From Bacteroidetes bacterium GWA2_40_15 (GTDB lineage Bacteria; Bacteroidota; Bacteroidia; Bacteroidales; VadinHA17): a stretch of 64,000 nt of DNA. The stretch covers positions 80,261-144,260 of the forward strand of contig MENI01000112.1 of NCBI GenBank assembly GCA_001768195.1, given 5' to 3'. Position 1 is the first letter of the stretch. The number at the start of each line of letters is the position of its first letter. Shown piece by piece: positions 1-9,937 of this stretch. The notes beneath the pieces were generated by a model. It was given only the letters and a program-made list of their open reading frames with translations. It ran no database searches and had not been told where the DNA came from. Both the position numbers and the translations under genes were made by a program.

Positions 1-1125
1 GGTAATCAGATATCTTGAGGGTCTTAATCCGTTCCTGTCGAGCATACCTCCTATATACCGGCCGTCAGAGAATATCAGAGAGGCAGGTCCGTCCCATGGT
101 TCCAGGAACGTTGAGTGGTAGAGGTAGAATGATCTCAGTTCATTTGAAATAGGATTTTTGACATTGAATGATTCAGGGATAAGCACCGACATTGCATAAG
201 GTAAAGACTTTCCGCTCATCAGAAGAAATTCGAGCACATTATCGAGGGAAGCCGAGTCACTCTTACCCGGTTCAACAATCGGATATAACCTTGAGAGGTC
301 GCCAAGCTTGTCGGACTTAAGTATTGATTCCCGGGCTTCCATCCAGAAGCGGTTCCCTTTTATAGTATTGATCTCACCATTGTGCCCAAGTACCCTGAAA
401 GGTTGTGCCAGGTCCCAGCTTGGGAAGGTGTTTGTGCTGAACCGTGAGTGTACAAGTGCAATTGCGCTCTGCAACCTTTCATCCCTGAGGTCAAGAAAAT
501 ACTCTCCAAGCTGCATGGATGTCAGCATGCCTTTATATACCAGGACCTTTGTTGATAGTGATGGCAGATAGAAGAAATCTTTCTGTCCGATATCAGAAGC
601 GCGTATTATGTTCTCGGCACGTTTTCGGATAATGTATAACTTTCTTTCCAGGTCATCCTGTTGAATATCAGCTCCTAATAATATCTGCACAATCTCCGGT
701 TCAGCAGCGCGCGCTATTTCTCCGATTGCAGATTTATTGCGGGGTACCTCACGGAATCCTATTACATTTACTCCCTCCTCCTTTATTGTATTAAGCAGGA
801 TTTCGCGGCATTTGTGTGCATCTGTACTATCCTGCGGCAGGAATATCAGTCCTGTTCCAAACTGGCCTGCAGGAGGCAGGGCATAACCCTGTATCAGATA
901 AAAGTCGCGGGGCACCTGGATAAGCATGCCCGCTCCATCGCCGGTTTTTTTGTCGGCCCCTTCCGCTCCCCGGTGGTTCATATTTTCAAGCACCTCAAGC
1001 CCCTGCCTGATGATAGAGTATGATTTTTTACCTTTGATATGTGCTACAAACCCTATCCCACAGTTTTCGTGCTCAAACTCCTGCCTGTATAATCCCTGTT
1101 GTACAGGTCTCTCTTTTCTCTTCAT
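1..1125 (-). CDS. gltB: glutamate synthase large subunit, N-terminal glutamine amidotransferase part (3' end runs off the window)
   Basis: Absent from the ORF track because it is open at the window edge. Hand translation of the minus strand from ATG 1125..1123 gives MKRKERPVQQGLYRQEFEHENCGIGFVAHIKGKKSYSIIRQGLEVLENMNHRGAEGADKKTGDGAGMLIQVP...HSRFSTNTFPSWDLAQPFRVLGHNGEINT. There is no stop down to base 1, and 1125 nt is 375 codons. This is the Ntn-type amidotransferase signature of GltB. Confidence 0.85.
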   Translation of the reverse strand, partial: MKRKERPVQQGLYRQEFEHENCGIGFVAHIKGKKSYSIIRQGLEVLENMNHRGAEGADKKTGDGAGMLIQVPRDFYLIQGYALPPAGQFGTGLIFLPQDSTDAHKCREILLNTIKEEGVNVIGFREVPRNKSAIGEIARAAEPEIVQILLGADIQQDDLERKLYIIRKRAENIIRASDIGQKDFFYLPSLSTKVLVYKGMLTSMQLGEYFLDLRDERLQSAIALVHSRFSTNTFPSWDLAQPFRVLGHNGEINTIKGNRFWMEARESILKSDKLGDLSRLYPIVEPGKSDSASLDNVLEFLLMSGKSLPYAMSVLIPESFNVKNPISNELRSFYLYHSTFLEPWDGPASLIFSDGRYIGGMLDRNGLRPSRYLIT

Positions 1126-1486
1126 AAATCATTTTTTAGATATAAAAAAAACCGTTCTTCGCATTTCCGGAGAACGGTTATCCCTATTTAATAAAACAAA
1201 CCATCCTCATGCATTTCCGGTCACCCTGAAAATAAGAGTCATGATCCCTGGTAAATTAACTGTATTCATTTATTTCTGATTATTGGCAAATATATAACAT
1301 AATCTTTTAAAATGATGCATAAGTCTTCAATAAAATTAATAAAATATTAAAAATATCATAAAAAGTTATCAACTTGTAAATTAACAATTGTTCATGTTTC
1401 AGTGTTTAAAATTGAACATATTTGAACTTTAATCGCTTAATTATTGTTACATTGCCGTTATTAAATGGCACTGACTGAGGAGAAAG

Positions 1487-3010
1487 ATGGAAAATCCCAA
1501 AAATCAGATACTGGTAATTTTCGGAGCTTCAGGGGACCTTGCTTCCCGGAAGCTGATGCCTGCTCTTTTCTCTTTGAGATCCCAGAAACTTCTGCCGGAA
1601 AAATTTGTGGTTATTGGTACCGGCCGGACAAATTTCACTTCGGAAGAGTTCAGGATAAAGATGGGAGAGTCGATCCCGGCTTTTTCAGAGGAAAAGGTTG
1701 ACAGCAGGCAGGTGTCAGGTTTTACCAATGATCTTTACTATCATACAATGGACAACTCCAATCAGGATGACTTTTTGCGTCTCAGGAGCCTGATTGAAGA
1801 GATTGATACGAAATACGGGATAGGCGGAAATTGTATATTCTATATGGCAACCCCGCCTCTTATGTACGAACCAATTGCTGTCAACCTTTCAAAAGCCGGA
1901 CTTACAGTCAAACCGGGGGCCTTCAGGCGTGTGATAATCGAAAAACCTTTCGGATATGATCTTGAATCCGGCCGCAAACTTAACAGGACATTGCACGGGC
2001 TGATAGATGAGGATCAGATTTTCAGAATAGACCACTACCTGGGCAAGGAAACTGTTCAGAACCTGTTGGTTACCAGGTTTGCAAATGGAATGTTTGAACC
2101 TTTGTGGAACAGGAATTACATTGACCGAATAGAAATTACATCAGCTGAAAGCATCGGAGTTGAAGACAGAGGGGGATATTACGATTCATCCGGAGCTTTG
2201 CGCGATATGGTTCAGAATCATCTTCTGCAAATGGTAGGGATGACAGCAATGGAGCCTCCATCATCTCTCGATTCGAATGCCATACGTAACGAAGTGCTTA
2301 AAGTACTGCAGTCGCTTCAGCCTGTTAAGGAGGAGGATGTCCCAAAGCAGGTTATAAGGGGGCAATATACCGGATCGCTGATAAGGGGAGAGTGTGTTAC
2401 CGGTTACAGGTATGAAAAAGGAGTTGACATTCGGTCACGGACAGAAACCTATGTTGCAATAAAATTCTATATAAATAACTGGAGATGGGGAGGAGTGCCA
2501 TTTTATATAAGAACAGGAAAACGGTTACCTACACGTGTTACAGAGATTTTGATACATTTCAAACCTACTCCGCATCACCTTTTCAGGAGAGATATGGGTA
2601 AATTATCGGCAAATCAGCTTATTATACGAATTCAACCCGATGAAGGCATTCTTTTAAAATTTGATATGAAGGAACCGGGAGCGGGTTTTAATGTGAAGAA
2701 TGTAAATATGGATTTTCATTACACCGACCTGGCAGATATCAGGGTTCCATCTGCTTATGAAAGACTGCTGTATGATGTAATGATTGGCGACTCAACTCTT
2801 TTTTCCAGGGATGATGAAGTTGAAACGGCCTGGAAATTTCTTGAACCAATACAGAAAGCATGGGCAAATGACCCTTCGATAAAGATCTTTGGATATCCTG
2901 CAGGTACATGGGGTCCTGAGCATGCAAATGACCTCATTGAGGGGGAGGCGCTTACTTGGAGGTATCCATGCAAGAACCTGGCTGATGATGAGTTATATTG
3001 TGAATTATGA
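1487..3010 (+). CDS. zwf: glucose-6-phosphate dehydrogenase
   Basis: 507 aa. N-terminal NADP site VIFGASGDLASRKLMPALF, active-site motif RIDHYLGKE, full-length family match by eye. Confidence 0.95.
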   Translation: MENPKNQILVIFGASGDLASRKLMPALFSLRSQKLLPEKFVVIGTGRTNFTSEEFRIKMGESIPAFSEEKVDSRQVSGFTNDLYYHTMDNSNQDDFLRLRSLIEEIDTKYGIGGNCIFYMATPPLMYEPIAVNLSKAGLTVKPGAFRRVIIEKPFGYDLESGRKLNRTLHGLIDEDQIFRIDHYLGKETVQNLLVTRFANGMFEPLWNRNYIDRIEITSAESIGVEDRGGYYDSSGALRDMVQNHLLQMVGMTAMEPPSSLDSNAIRNEVLKVLQSLQPVKEEDVPKQVIRGQYTGSLIRGECVTGYRYEKGVDIRSRTETYVAIKFYINNWRWGGVPFYIRTGKRLPTRVTEILIHFKPTPHHLFRRDMGKLSANQLIIRIQPDEGILLKFDMKEPGAGFNVKNVNMDFHYTDLADIRVPSAYERLLYDVMIGDSTLFSRDDEVETAWKFLEPIQKAWANDPSIKIFGYPAGTWGPEHANDLIEGEALTWRYPCKNLADDELYCEL

Positions 3011-3016
3011 AAATCT

Positions 3017-3751
3017 ATGGATCCTTCAGTAAGAATATTCCGGACACCATACGAACTGGCAGAAAAATTTGCAGAGGAAATGGTGCAAATGATAAAAGAT
3101 GCAGCTGATAAGAAGGTACCTGTATCAGTAGCTCTTTCAGGCGGATCAACACCGGAACTGCTCTTCTCGGTTCTCGGTGATCACTTCTCAAAATCGGCAC
3201 CATGGGATTTTGTAAATTTTTTCTGGGGTGATGAGCGCTGTGTGCCTCCTGTTAGTCCGGAAAGTAACTTCGGGATGACATTCCGTTCATTATTTAAAAA
3301 AATAAAGATCCCACAAAGGAATATTCACAGAATTTATGGCGAACATGATCCATCACATGAGGCAATACGATATTCGGATCTTCTATCTCGCAGTATACCT
3401 GTCAGAGACGGATTTCCTGTTTTTGATCTGGTTCTGTTAGGCTTGGGCGAAGATGGGCATACAGCATCAATTTTCCCTGACAGAACAGAATTGTTTCATT
3501 CTGATAAAATATGTGAAGTTTCTTTGCACCCTGTATCGCGTCAGAAAAGAATAACAATAACAGGACGGGTAATTAATAATGCTGAAAGGGTAAGGTTTCT
3601 TGTAACCGGAAGCAACAAGGCTGAGGTAATAAAAAGGATCATTGGAAGAGAGAAGAGTGCCGTGAACCTTCCTGCCTCTCTTGTTGTTTCTTCAGTTGGG
3701 AACCTCGGGTGGCTTCTGGATTCAAATGCAGGGTCCCTTCTTAAAGATTGA
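3017..3751 (+). CDS. pgl: 6-phosphogluconolactonase
   Basis: 244 aa. Motifs LSGGSTP, WGDERCVP and LLGLGEDGHTASIFP. Starts 7 nt after zwf, so likely the same operon. Confidence 0.9.
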   Translation: MDPSVRIFRTPYELAEKFAEEMVQMIKDAADKKVPVSVALSGGSTPELLFSVLGDHFSKSAPWDFVNFFWGDERCVPPVSPESNFGMTFRSLFKKIKIPQRNIHRIYGEHDPSHEAIRYSDLLSRSIPVRDGFPVFDLVLLGLGEDGHTASIFPDRTELFHSDKICEVSLHPVSRQKRITITGRVINNAERVRFLVTGSNKAEVIKRIIGREKSAVNLPASLVVSSVGNLGWLLDSNAGSLLKD

Positions 3752-3829
3752 ACATGTATTAAACTACTGATTTCTTAACTGTTTTTCTTATATTTAATCT
3801 TCATTTTTATTAACTAAAAACCCCAAGCT

Positions 3830-3943
3830 ATGTCACACGAAAAAGCAAAAGAACAGACCAAACACAAAAAAGAGCCGACCAAGAGTCTGAAAGAAAAACG
3901 TGCTGCAAAAAAAGCAAAGAAAGATGAAAAGAGCAGGCTTTAG
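3830..3943 (+). CDS. possible small lysine-rich protein (37 aa, MSHEKAKEQTKHKKEPTKSLKEKRAAKKAKKDEKSRL)
   Basis: ATG-to-TAG ORF below the track's size cutoff. It sits alone in a 277-nt gap and is followed by a strong hairpin terminator. No family recognised. Confidence 0.3.
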   Translation: MSHEKAKEQTKHKKEPTKSLKEKRAAKKAKKDEKSRL

Positions 3944-3980
3944 AGATATATCCTGATTTCTGAATGCCTGTAAGTTCTAT

Positions 3981-4016
3981 AAAAAAAGCCGGTGAGATCA
4001 TCACCGGCTTAATTTT
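3981..4016. terminator. bidirectional rho-independent terminator between the small ORF and csp
   Basis: A7 run, then stem gccggtga (3988-3995), loop gatca, stem tcaccggc (4001-4008) extendable by two A:T pairs, then ttaatttt. On the minus strand it gives a T7 tail right after the csp stop. Confidence 0.65.
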
Positions 4017-4028
4017 GTTATGAATAAA

Positions 4029-4220
4029 CTAAGCTAGTTTTACATTTACTGCATTAATTCCTTTTTTACCTTCTGCCAGTTCGAATGTAACTTCATCGTT
4101 TTCTTTAATCTGATCTTTCAAGCCAGATACATGTACAAAATACTCATTTTCTGAATCTGCATCCTTAATGAATCCGAATCCTTTTGATACATTAAAAAAT
4201 TTAACTGTTCCTTTGTTCAT
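4029..4220 (-). CDS. cold-shock protein (CspA family, single CSD)
   Basis: 63 aa. MNKGTVKFFNVSKGFGFI and YFVHVS carry the RNP1/RNP2 motifs of cold-shock domains. Confidence 0.95.
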   Translation of the reverse strand: MNKGTVKFFNVSKGFGFIKDADSENEYFVHVSGLKDQIKENDEVTFELAEGKKGINAVNVKLA

Positions 4221-4463
4221 TTTATTCTGTTTTTAAAATTAAGGGTCGCAATTTATAAAATAATTTTTAAATATTCTAAATAATTTTTTAGAAGTCTGAT
4301 AATCAGGGCTATTATTCTTTGATGATTCTGTATTTTCCAATAGACATTTGTTTTAAAACTGAACTCTTAATTGATTTTCCAGCTATAATATTATCTTTTG
4401 TGTTGGAATATCCTTTCAAATATTCTCTACATTTATCTGCTGATATTGACATATTGAATTCTT

Positions 4464-5050
4464 ATGGAAGCTAAATTTGTACTAACAGTATTATTACTTT
4501 TTTGTCTGCAAAACACCAAAAGTCAGAAGCTGCTGACAATTGCTGAGAAGTCAGATTATAAATCGACCTCTGAACACAGTGATGTAGTTGAGTTCATAAA
4601 CAGCCTTAAAAAAATCATCTGAATATATCAGGATTGAAAGTGTAGGTTTATCATCAGAAGGACGTGATATTCCGCTTCTGATAATCGGTAATCCATTGCC
4701 CCTGTCGCCTGAGAGCATGAAAAATGATCGATCTGCAGGTTGATCGTTTTGATTTAACCGAACTTAAAGGTTCCCCCAGATTGAATCAGGGGCATTACAT
4801 CAATTCTGTAAAGGGCAATTTCACATCTGAAAAGAAGAATTTTCCGTCCGGAACAGTTGTGGTAAGGATGGATCAGCCATTGGCAAATGTATGTACATAT
4901 CTGCTTGAACCAGAGTCGGGAGAGGGATTACTTGCATGGAATTTTTTTGACAGGTACCTCGTACCTCAGTGGGGGATGTTATATTATCCCTATCCAGTTT
5001 ATAAGCTAATGAATAACAACGGGATAAAATCAGTTCCTTATTGTAATTAA
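4464..5050 (+). pseudogene. remnant of an M14-type secreted peptidase (N-terminal and C-terminal pieces only, three reading frames)
   Basis: Frame a (4464-4622) encodes a signal peptide plus LLTIAEKSDYKSTSEHSDVVEFINSLKK and stops right after an A7 run (4608-4614). Frame b (4615-4743) continues SSEYIRIESVGLSSEGRDIPLLIIGNPLPLSPESMKNDRS. Frame c (ORF 4724-5050) encodes only a C-terminal tail ending LLEPESGEGLLAWNFFDRYLV. The zinc-binding catalytic core expected between these pieces is absent. Confidence 0.55.
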
Positions 5051-5103
5051 AACATTTTTTTCAGACCTTTGCGGCCGGACTAACCAAGGTAAATTATTTC
5101 AAA

Positions 5104-6996
5104 ATGAGAAAGTGGCGGGTAGAAGATTCTGCTGAATTGTATAATGTTAACGGCTGGGGCGTTGATTATTTTTCAATAAATGAAAAGGGAAATGTAATTG
5201 TAACGCCTCAGAAGAATGGCTCTTCTGTTGACCTCAAGGAATTGCTTGATGAACTTACTCTGGCGGATGTTTCGGCTCCGGTGCTGATAAGGTTCCCGGA
5301 TATTCTGGATGACAGGATCATCAGCATTTCAAAGTGTTTTAAATCTGCCTCTGAAGAGTATGGTTATAAAGCACAGAACTTTATCATCTATCCTATCAAG
5401 GTGAACCAGATGAGGCCTGTTGTTGAGGAGATCGTGAGTCACGGAAAGAAATTCAATATCGGACTTGAAGCAGGATCAAAACCCGAATTGCATGCTGTGA
5501 TTGCTATAAATACTGATCCCGAATCGCTTATAATTTGTAATGGATACAAAGATGAGGATTATATTGAACTTGCCCTTCTTGCTCAGAAGATGGGTAAAAG
5601 AATATTTCTTGTGATAGAAAAGCTAAATGAGCTGAAACTAATCGCTTCAATTGCCAAGCGGCTTAAAATTAAACCAAATCTGGGCATAAGGATTAAGCTT
5701 GCAAGCGTAGGAAGCGGAAAATGGGAAGAGTCGGGGGGAGATATAAGTAAATTCGGATTGACATCAAGTGAATTGCTTGAGGCTATGGATTTTCTGGAAA
5801 AGAACAGGATGAGAGAGTGTGTGAAGCTGATTCATTTCCACATAGGTAGTCAGGTTACCAAAATCCGCCGTATCAAAATCGCTTTACGCGAAGCTTCGCA
5901 GTTCTATGTACAGCTCAGGCAGCTTGGCTATAATGTAGAGTTTGTAGATATCGGCGGTGGCCTCGGGGTCGACTATGACGGTACCGGCTCTTCAAACAGT
6001 GAGAGCAGTGTCAACTATACAATCCAGGAGTATGTAAACGACTCAATAAGTACATTTGTTGACGCCAGCAATAAAGCCAGTATCCCACATCCCAATGTAA
6101 TAACTGAATCAGGCAGGTCGCTTACGGCTCATCATTCAGTTCTGATCTTTGAAGTGCTTGAAACGACAACTCTTCCGTCGTGGAATGAAGAGGATATAAT
6201 AAAGGATAATGACCATGAACTGGTTAAGGATATGTACCAGTTATGGAACAATTTCAATCAGTCGAGGATGCTTGAAACATGGCATGATGCCCAGCAGATC
6301 AGGGAAGAAGCTCTCGACCGGTTCAGCTTTGGGCTTATCGACCTCAGGACGAGAGCGCAGATCGAAAGATTGTTCTGGTCAGTTGCCAAAGAGGTTCATC
6401 AGCTGGCAAGTTCAACCAAGCATGTACCTGAAGAGCTCAGACAGATATCGAGGATGCTGTCGGACAAATATTTCTGTAATTTTTCACTTTTTCAGTCATT
6501 GCCTGATTCATGGGCTATCGATCAGATATTCCCCATAATGCCGATCCACAGGCTTAACGAAGAACCACTACGAACAGCTACAATACAGGATATGACATGT
6601 GATTCTGACGGGAAGATAGATAACTTTATATCAACAAGAAATTCGTCACATCATATTCCGGTTCACTCACTTAAAGCGAAAGAACCTTATTATCTGGGTG
6701 TATTTCTTGTAGGAGCTTACCAGGAAATACTGGGCGATCTTCATAACCTTTTCGGCGATACAAATGCTGTTCATGTTTCAGTTGACAGCGACGGCTACAA
6801 AATTGACAAGATAATTGACGGTGAAAGTATTGCAGAGGTGCTGGATTATGTACAGTACAACTCCAAGAAAATGGTAAGAACTGTTGAATCGTGGGTTACA
6901 ACTTCGGTTAAGGCAGGTATTATTACACTTGAGGAGGGTAAAGAGTTTCTTTCCAATTACCGCTCAGGTCTGTATGGTTATACCTACCTTGAATAA
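5104..6996 (+). CDS. speA: biosynthetic arginine decarboxylase
   Basis: 630 aa. N-terminus MRKWRVEDSAELYNVNGWG is typical of SpeA, with an alanine-racemase-like PLP barrel (IYPIKVN, HFHIGSQ). Confidence 0.93.
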   Translation: MRKWRVEDSAELYNVNGWGVDYFSINEKGNVIVTPQKNGSSVDLKELLDELTLADVSAPVLIRFPDILDDRIISISKCFKSASEEYGYKAQNFIIYPIKVNQMRPVVEEIVSHGKKFNIGLEAGSKPELHAVIAINTDPESLIICNGYKDEDYIELALLAQKMGKRIFLVIEKLNELKLIASIAKRLKIKPNLGIRIKLASVGSGKWEESGGDISKFGLTSSELLEAMDFLEKNRMRECVKLIHFHIGSQVTKIRRIKIALREASQFYVQLRQLGYNVEFVDIGGGLGVDYDGTGSSNSESSVNYTIQEYVNDSISTFVDASNKASIPHPNVITESGRSLTAHHSVLIFEVLETTTLPSWNEEDIIKDNDHELVKDMYQLWNNFNQSRMLETWHDAQQIREEALDRFSFGLIDLRTRAQIERLFWSVAKEVHQLASSTKHVPEELRQISRMLSDKYFCNFSLFQSLPDSWAIDQIFPIMPIHRLNEEPLRTATIQDMTCDSDGKIDNFISTRNSSHHIPVHSLKAKEPYYLGVFLVGAYQEILGDLHNLFGDTNAVHVSVDSDGYKIDKIIDGESIAEVLDYVQYNSKKMVRTVESWVTTSVKAGIITLEEGKEFLSNYRSGLYGYTYLE

Positions 6997-7105
6997 TACA
7001 TGAACTTTTTTGACATTTTTTAACGATTTTAATAAAATATTTCTAACTTAGAATCAGATTTTATTCAACCGATCTTTAATAATAACCCACTTAATTATTC
7101 AAACT

Positions 7106-7804
7106 ATGAGCAACGGAACTTCTGATTCTAATCCACAAGCACAGGGCACCGGGTCTTTTGATTTCAATGCATTTATCAATGAGTCCAAAGAAACCCTTCT
7201 GAATCCTAAATCCTATTTTGCCGGACTGAAAACTTCGGGGGGAATGGCTGAACCTCTGATCAAAGCTGTAATATATGGCGCTATAGCAGGTGTATTCGCA
7301 TTCCTGTGGAGCGTTCTTAAAATAGGAGCCATGACCGGAGGAATGTTCGGAGGAGGAGCTGTAGGAGTTATGGTATTCGTATGGTATATAATTGCAGCTG
7401 TTATCGGATTATTTATTGGTGCTGTTATAGTTCTTGTAATTTCTGCAATTTGTAAGGGCAGCACCGACTTTGAATCGAATGTCAGGGTTACTGCATCATT
7501 AATGGTTCTCATGCCAATTAGCGCATTGCTTGCCTTTGCAGGGGGCATAAACCTGTATCTTGGGGCAATAATAACACTCGGTGTTAATATTTTTGGTTTA
7601 TGGTTATTGTATAATGCACTTATTGAGACGCTTAAGGCAAAACCTGAAACAACAAAGATTGTAGGTTATGTTCTGATAGCACTCTTTGTGCTTATGATGT
7701 TAGGTAAAATAGCTACTCTGAGAAAAGCCAATCAGTTTATGGAAGGCTTCAGGAATTCTGACTTTAAAGAGATGATGAAAGAGATGGAAAAGGAAAAAAA
7801 TTAA
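7106..7804 (+). CDS. Yip1-like multi-pass membrane protein
   Basis: 232 aa. Soluble N-terminus followed by about 5 Gly/Ala-rich TM helices, as in Yip1/DUF1282-type proteins. The family assignment is from memory only. Confidence 0.5.
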   Translation: MSNGTSDSNPQAQGTGSFDFNAFINESKETLLNPKSYFAGLKTSGGMAEPLIKAVIYGAIAGVFAFLWSVLKIGAMTGGMFGGGAVGVMVFVWYIIAAVIGLFIGAVIVLVISAICKGSTDFESNVRVTASLMVLMPISALLAFAGGINLYLGAIITLGVNIFGLWLLYNALIETLKAKPETTKIVGYVLIALFVLMMLGKIATLRKANQFMEGFRNSDFKEMMKEMEKEKN

Positions 7805-7827
7805 CTAACCTTTCCCTTTTAATAATA

Positions 7828-7864
7828 CGCCGGATCCGTAATATCGGACCCGGCGTTTTCTTTT
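7828..7864 (+). terminator. rho-independent terminator
   Basis: cgccggatccg / taatat / cggacccggcg imperfect stem followed by ttttctttt, 24 nt after the stop at 7804. Confidence 0.6.
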
Positions 7865-7975
7865 ATGAATTTTCATGTTTGCTACTCTAAAGTAGTTTTT
7901 ATAGTTTTAAAACCTCATTGGCTGATTTTGCCTCCGGAGGTATTATCTGACGAAGTTGATGATTAAAAAAATAGT

Positions 7976-9919
7976 ATGACTAAAAACTGGCTGCTTTCCA
8001 GTAATATCTTTGGTGTTCTGGCTTACCGGATATTGATTGTAATGCTGCTATTTACGTTATGCAGAATTGGATTCTATATTTTTAATCTTCAGATGTTCCC
8101 GGGGGTCACCACCGGCCAGTTTATCAAAATCCTGTGGGGCGGTGTGGTTTTCGATGTTTCGGCCGCTGTATATATTAACAGCCTGTTCCTGGTGCTACAT
8201 ATTGTACCTTTTGATATAAGGTATAATAATGTTTACCAGTCTGTTATGAAGTATATTTACTTTGTGACAAATGGCATTGCCATAGCTATGAACGGCATGG
8301 ATTTCGTCTACTACAGGTTTGTTTACAAACGGGCAACAGCCGATGTTTTCAGCACATTTTCAAATGAATCAAATCTCACAAAATTGTTTTTCAGGTTTCT
8401 GACAGATTACTGGCCAGCTACTTTGTTCACCATTTTTCTTTGGTTCTTAATGGTTTATCTCTATAACAGGATTAAACCGGAAAAACCATCGCCTTCAAAT
8501 AAAATTGCTTATTATTCGATAAATATTCTTATGATACCTGTTGTTATAGCGCTTGTAATAGGCGCTGCCAGGGGAGGGTATAAACATTCTACACGTCCAA
8601 TAACTATCAGTAATGCAGCGCGTTATGTTGAAAATCCTCGTGATGTTGCGATTGTGCTTAATACACCTTTCAGTATTTTCAGGACCTATGGCAAGAAGGT
8701 TCTCACCAGGTATGAGTTCTTTGATGATGTCAGGCTTAAGGAACTTTATAATCCTCATCACATACCGTTATCAAAAGAGCCTTTCAGAAATGATAATGTG
8801 ATAGTGATCATTCTTGAAAGTTATGCGAGAGAGTATATTGGCGGATTGAATCCTGACCTGGAAGGGGGTAATTATGAAGGTTATACCCCATTCATTGATT
8901 CATTGCTTGGCATAAGCCTTACTTTCGATGTTTCTGTGGCAAACGGCAAAAAATCAATAGATGCTATGCCTTCCATCCTTGCTTCGATCCCATCACTTGA
9001 GACCCCGTATATCATTTCACACTATGCCAATAATCAGATAAACGGTTTTCCGGAGCTGCTTAAACGCAAGGGATACTATACTGCATTCTTTCATGGTGCA
9101 CCCAACGGTTCCATGGGATTCGATTCATTTGCAAAAATGATAGGATTTGATGATTATTTTGGTCTCGATCAGTACCAGGATAAAGACGATTTTGACGGCA
9201 TGTGGGGAGTATGGGATGAACCATTTTTCAATTTTTTTGCAGGGAAGCTCAACTCTTTCCGTCAGCCTTTTATGGCATCAATTTTTTCTGTCTCATCACA
9301 TCATCCTTTTGAGGTTCCGGAAAAGTATAAGGGAAAGTTCCGGAAAGGTGCTGCGCCTATTGTCGAAGTTGTGGGGTATACTGATTATGCTCTGAAGATG
9401 TTCTTCAATGAGGTATCTTCATCGCCTTGGTTTGCCAATACTCTTTTCGTGATAACGGCCGATCATACCAACGAATCGATTCACAAGGAGTTTCAGAATG
9501 ATTTCGGATCATACAGCATACCTGTCATATTTTATAAGCCCGGAGGTGATCTCAAAGGTGTTAAGAAGAAAATTGCACAGCAGGTTGACATTATGCCAAC
9601 CGTTCTGAATTATCTTAACTATGATGAAGATTTCATAGCTTTTGGCAATAACCTGCTGGATGATGCAAATGAATCATTCGGTTTCAATACAAACGGAAGT
9701 AATTACCATCTTTACATGAGAGATCATATTCTTGAAATGATCGACAGGAAAGCCATAGGCCTTTTTAATTTTAAAAGTGATATCTTTCTGGAAAAAAACC
9801 TGCTTGGCTCAGATCCGGAATTGCAGAACCTCATGGAAGACAAATTGAAAGCGATTATACAGACCTATAACAGCAGACTTCTTGATAATAATATGACTGT
9901 CAGAAAACCAAACAATTGA
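7976..9919 (+). CDS. LTA-synthase-family sulfatase / phosphoglycerol-transferase-like membrane enzyme
   Basis: 647 aa. About 5 N-terminal TM helices plus an extracytoplasmic alkaline-phosphatase-superfamily domain (VIVIILESYAREY..., SHHPF, ITADH). Confidence 0.8.
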   Translation: MTKNWLLSSNIFGVLAYRILIVMLLFTLCRIGFYIFNLQMFPGVTTGQFIKILWGGVVFDVSAAVYINSLFLVLHIVPFDIRYNNVYQSVMKYIYFVTNGIAIAMNGMDFVYYRFVYKRATADVFSTFSNESNLTKLFFRFLTDYWPATLFTIFLWFLMVYLYNRIKPEKPSPSNKIAYYSINILMIPVVIALVIGAARGGYKHSTRPITISNAARYVENPRDVAIVLNTPFSIFRTYGKKVLTRYEFFDDVRLKELYNPHHIPLSKEPFRNDNVIVIILESYAREYIGGLNPDLEGGNYEGYTPFIDSLLGISLTFDVSVANGKKSIDAMPSILASIPSLETPYIISHYANNQINGFPELLKRKGYYTAFFHGAPNGSMGFDSFAKMIGFDDYFGLDQYQDKDDFDGMWGVWDEPFFNFFAGKLNSFRQPFMASIFSVSSHHPFEVPEKYKGKFRKGAAPIVEVVGYTDYALKMFFNEVSSSPWFANTLFVITADHTNESIHKEFQNDFGSYSIPVIFYKPGGDLKGVKKKIAQQVDIMPTVLNYLNYDEDFIAFGNNLLDDANESFGFNTNGSNYHLYMRDHILEMIDRKAIGLFNFKSDIFLEKNLLGSDPELQNLMEDKLKAIIQTYNSRLLDNNMTVRKPNN

Positions 9920-9937
9920 AAATCAATATAACTCATT

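Noticed and set aside
308-1279. Track ORFs 308-571, 814-1023 and 926-1279 on the plus strand
   Set aside because: They lie antisense or out of frame to the long, motif-rich gltB reading frame on the minus strand. They are shadow ORFs.
6209-6538. 109-aa alternative-frame ORF inside speA, and 7213-7548 antisense to the Yip1-like gene
   Set aside because: Both are embedded in genes with strong family signatures, and their composition is typical of off-frame translation.
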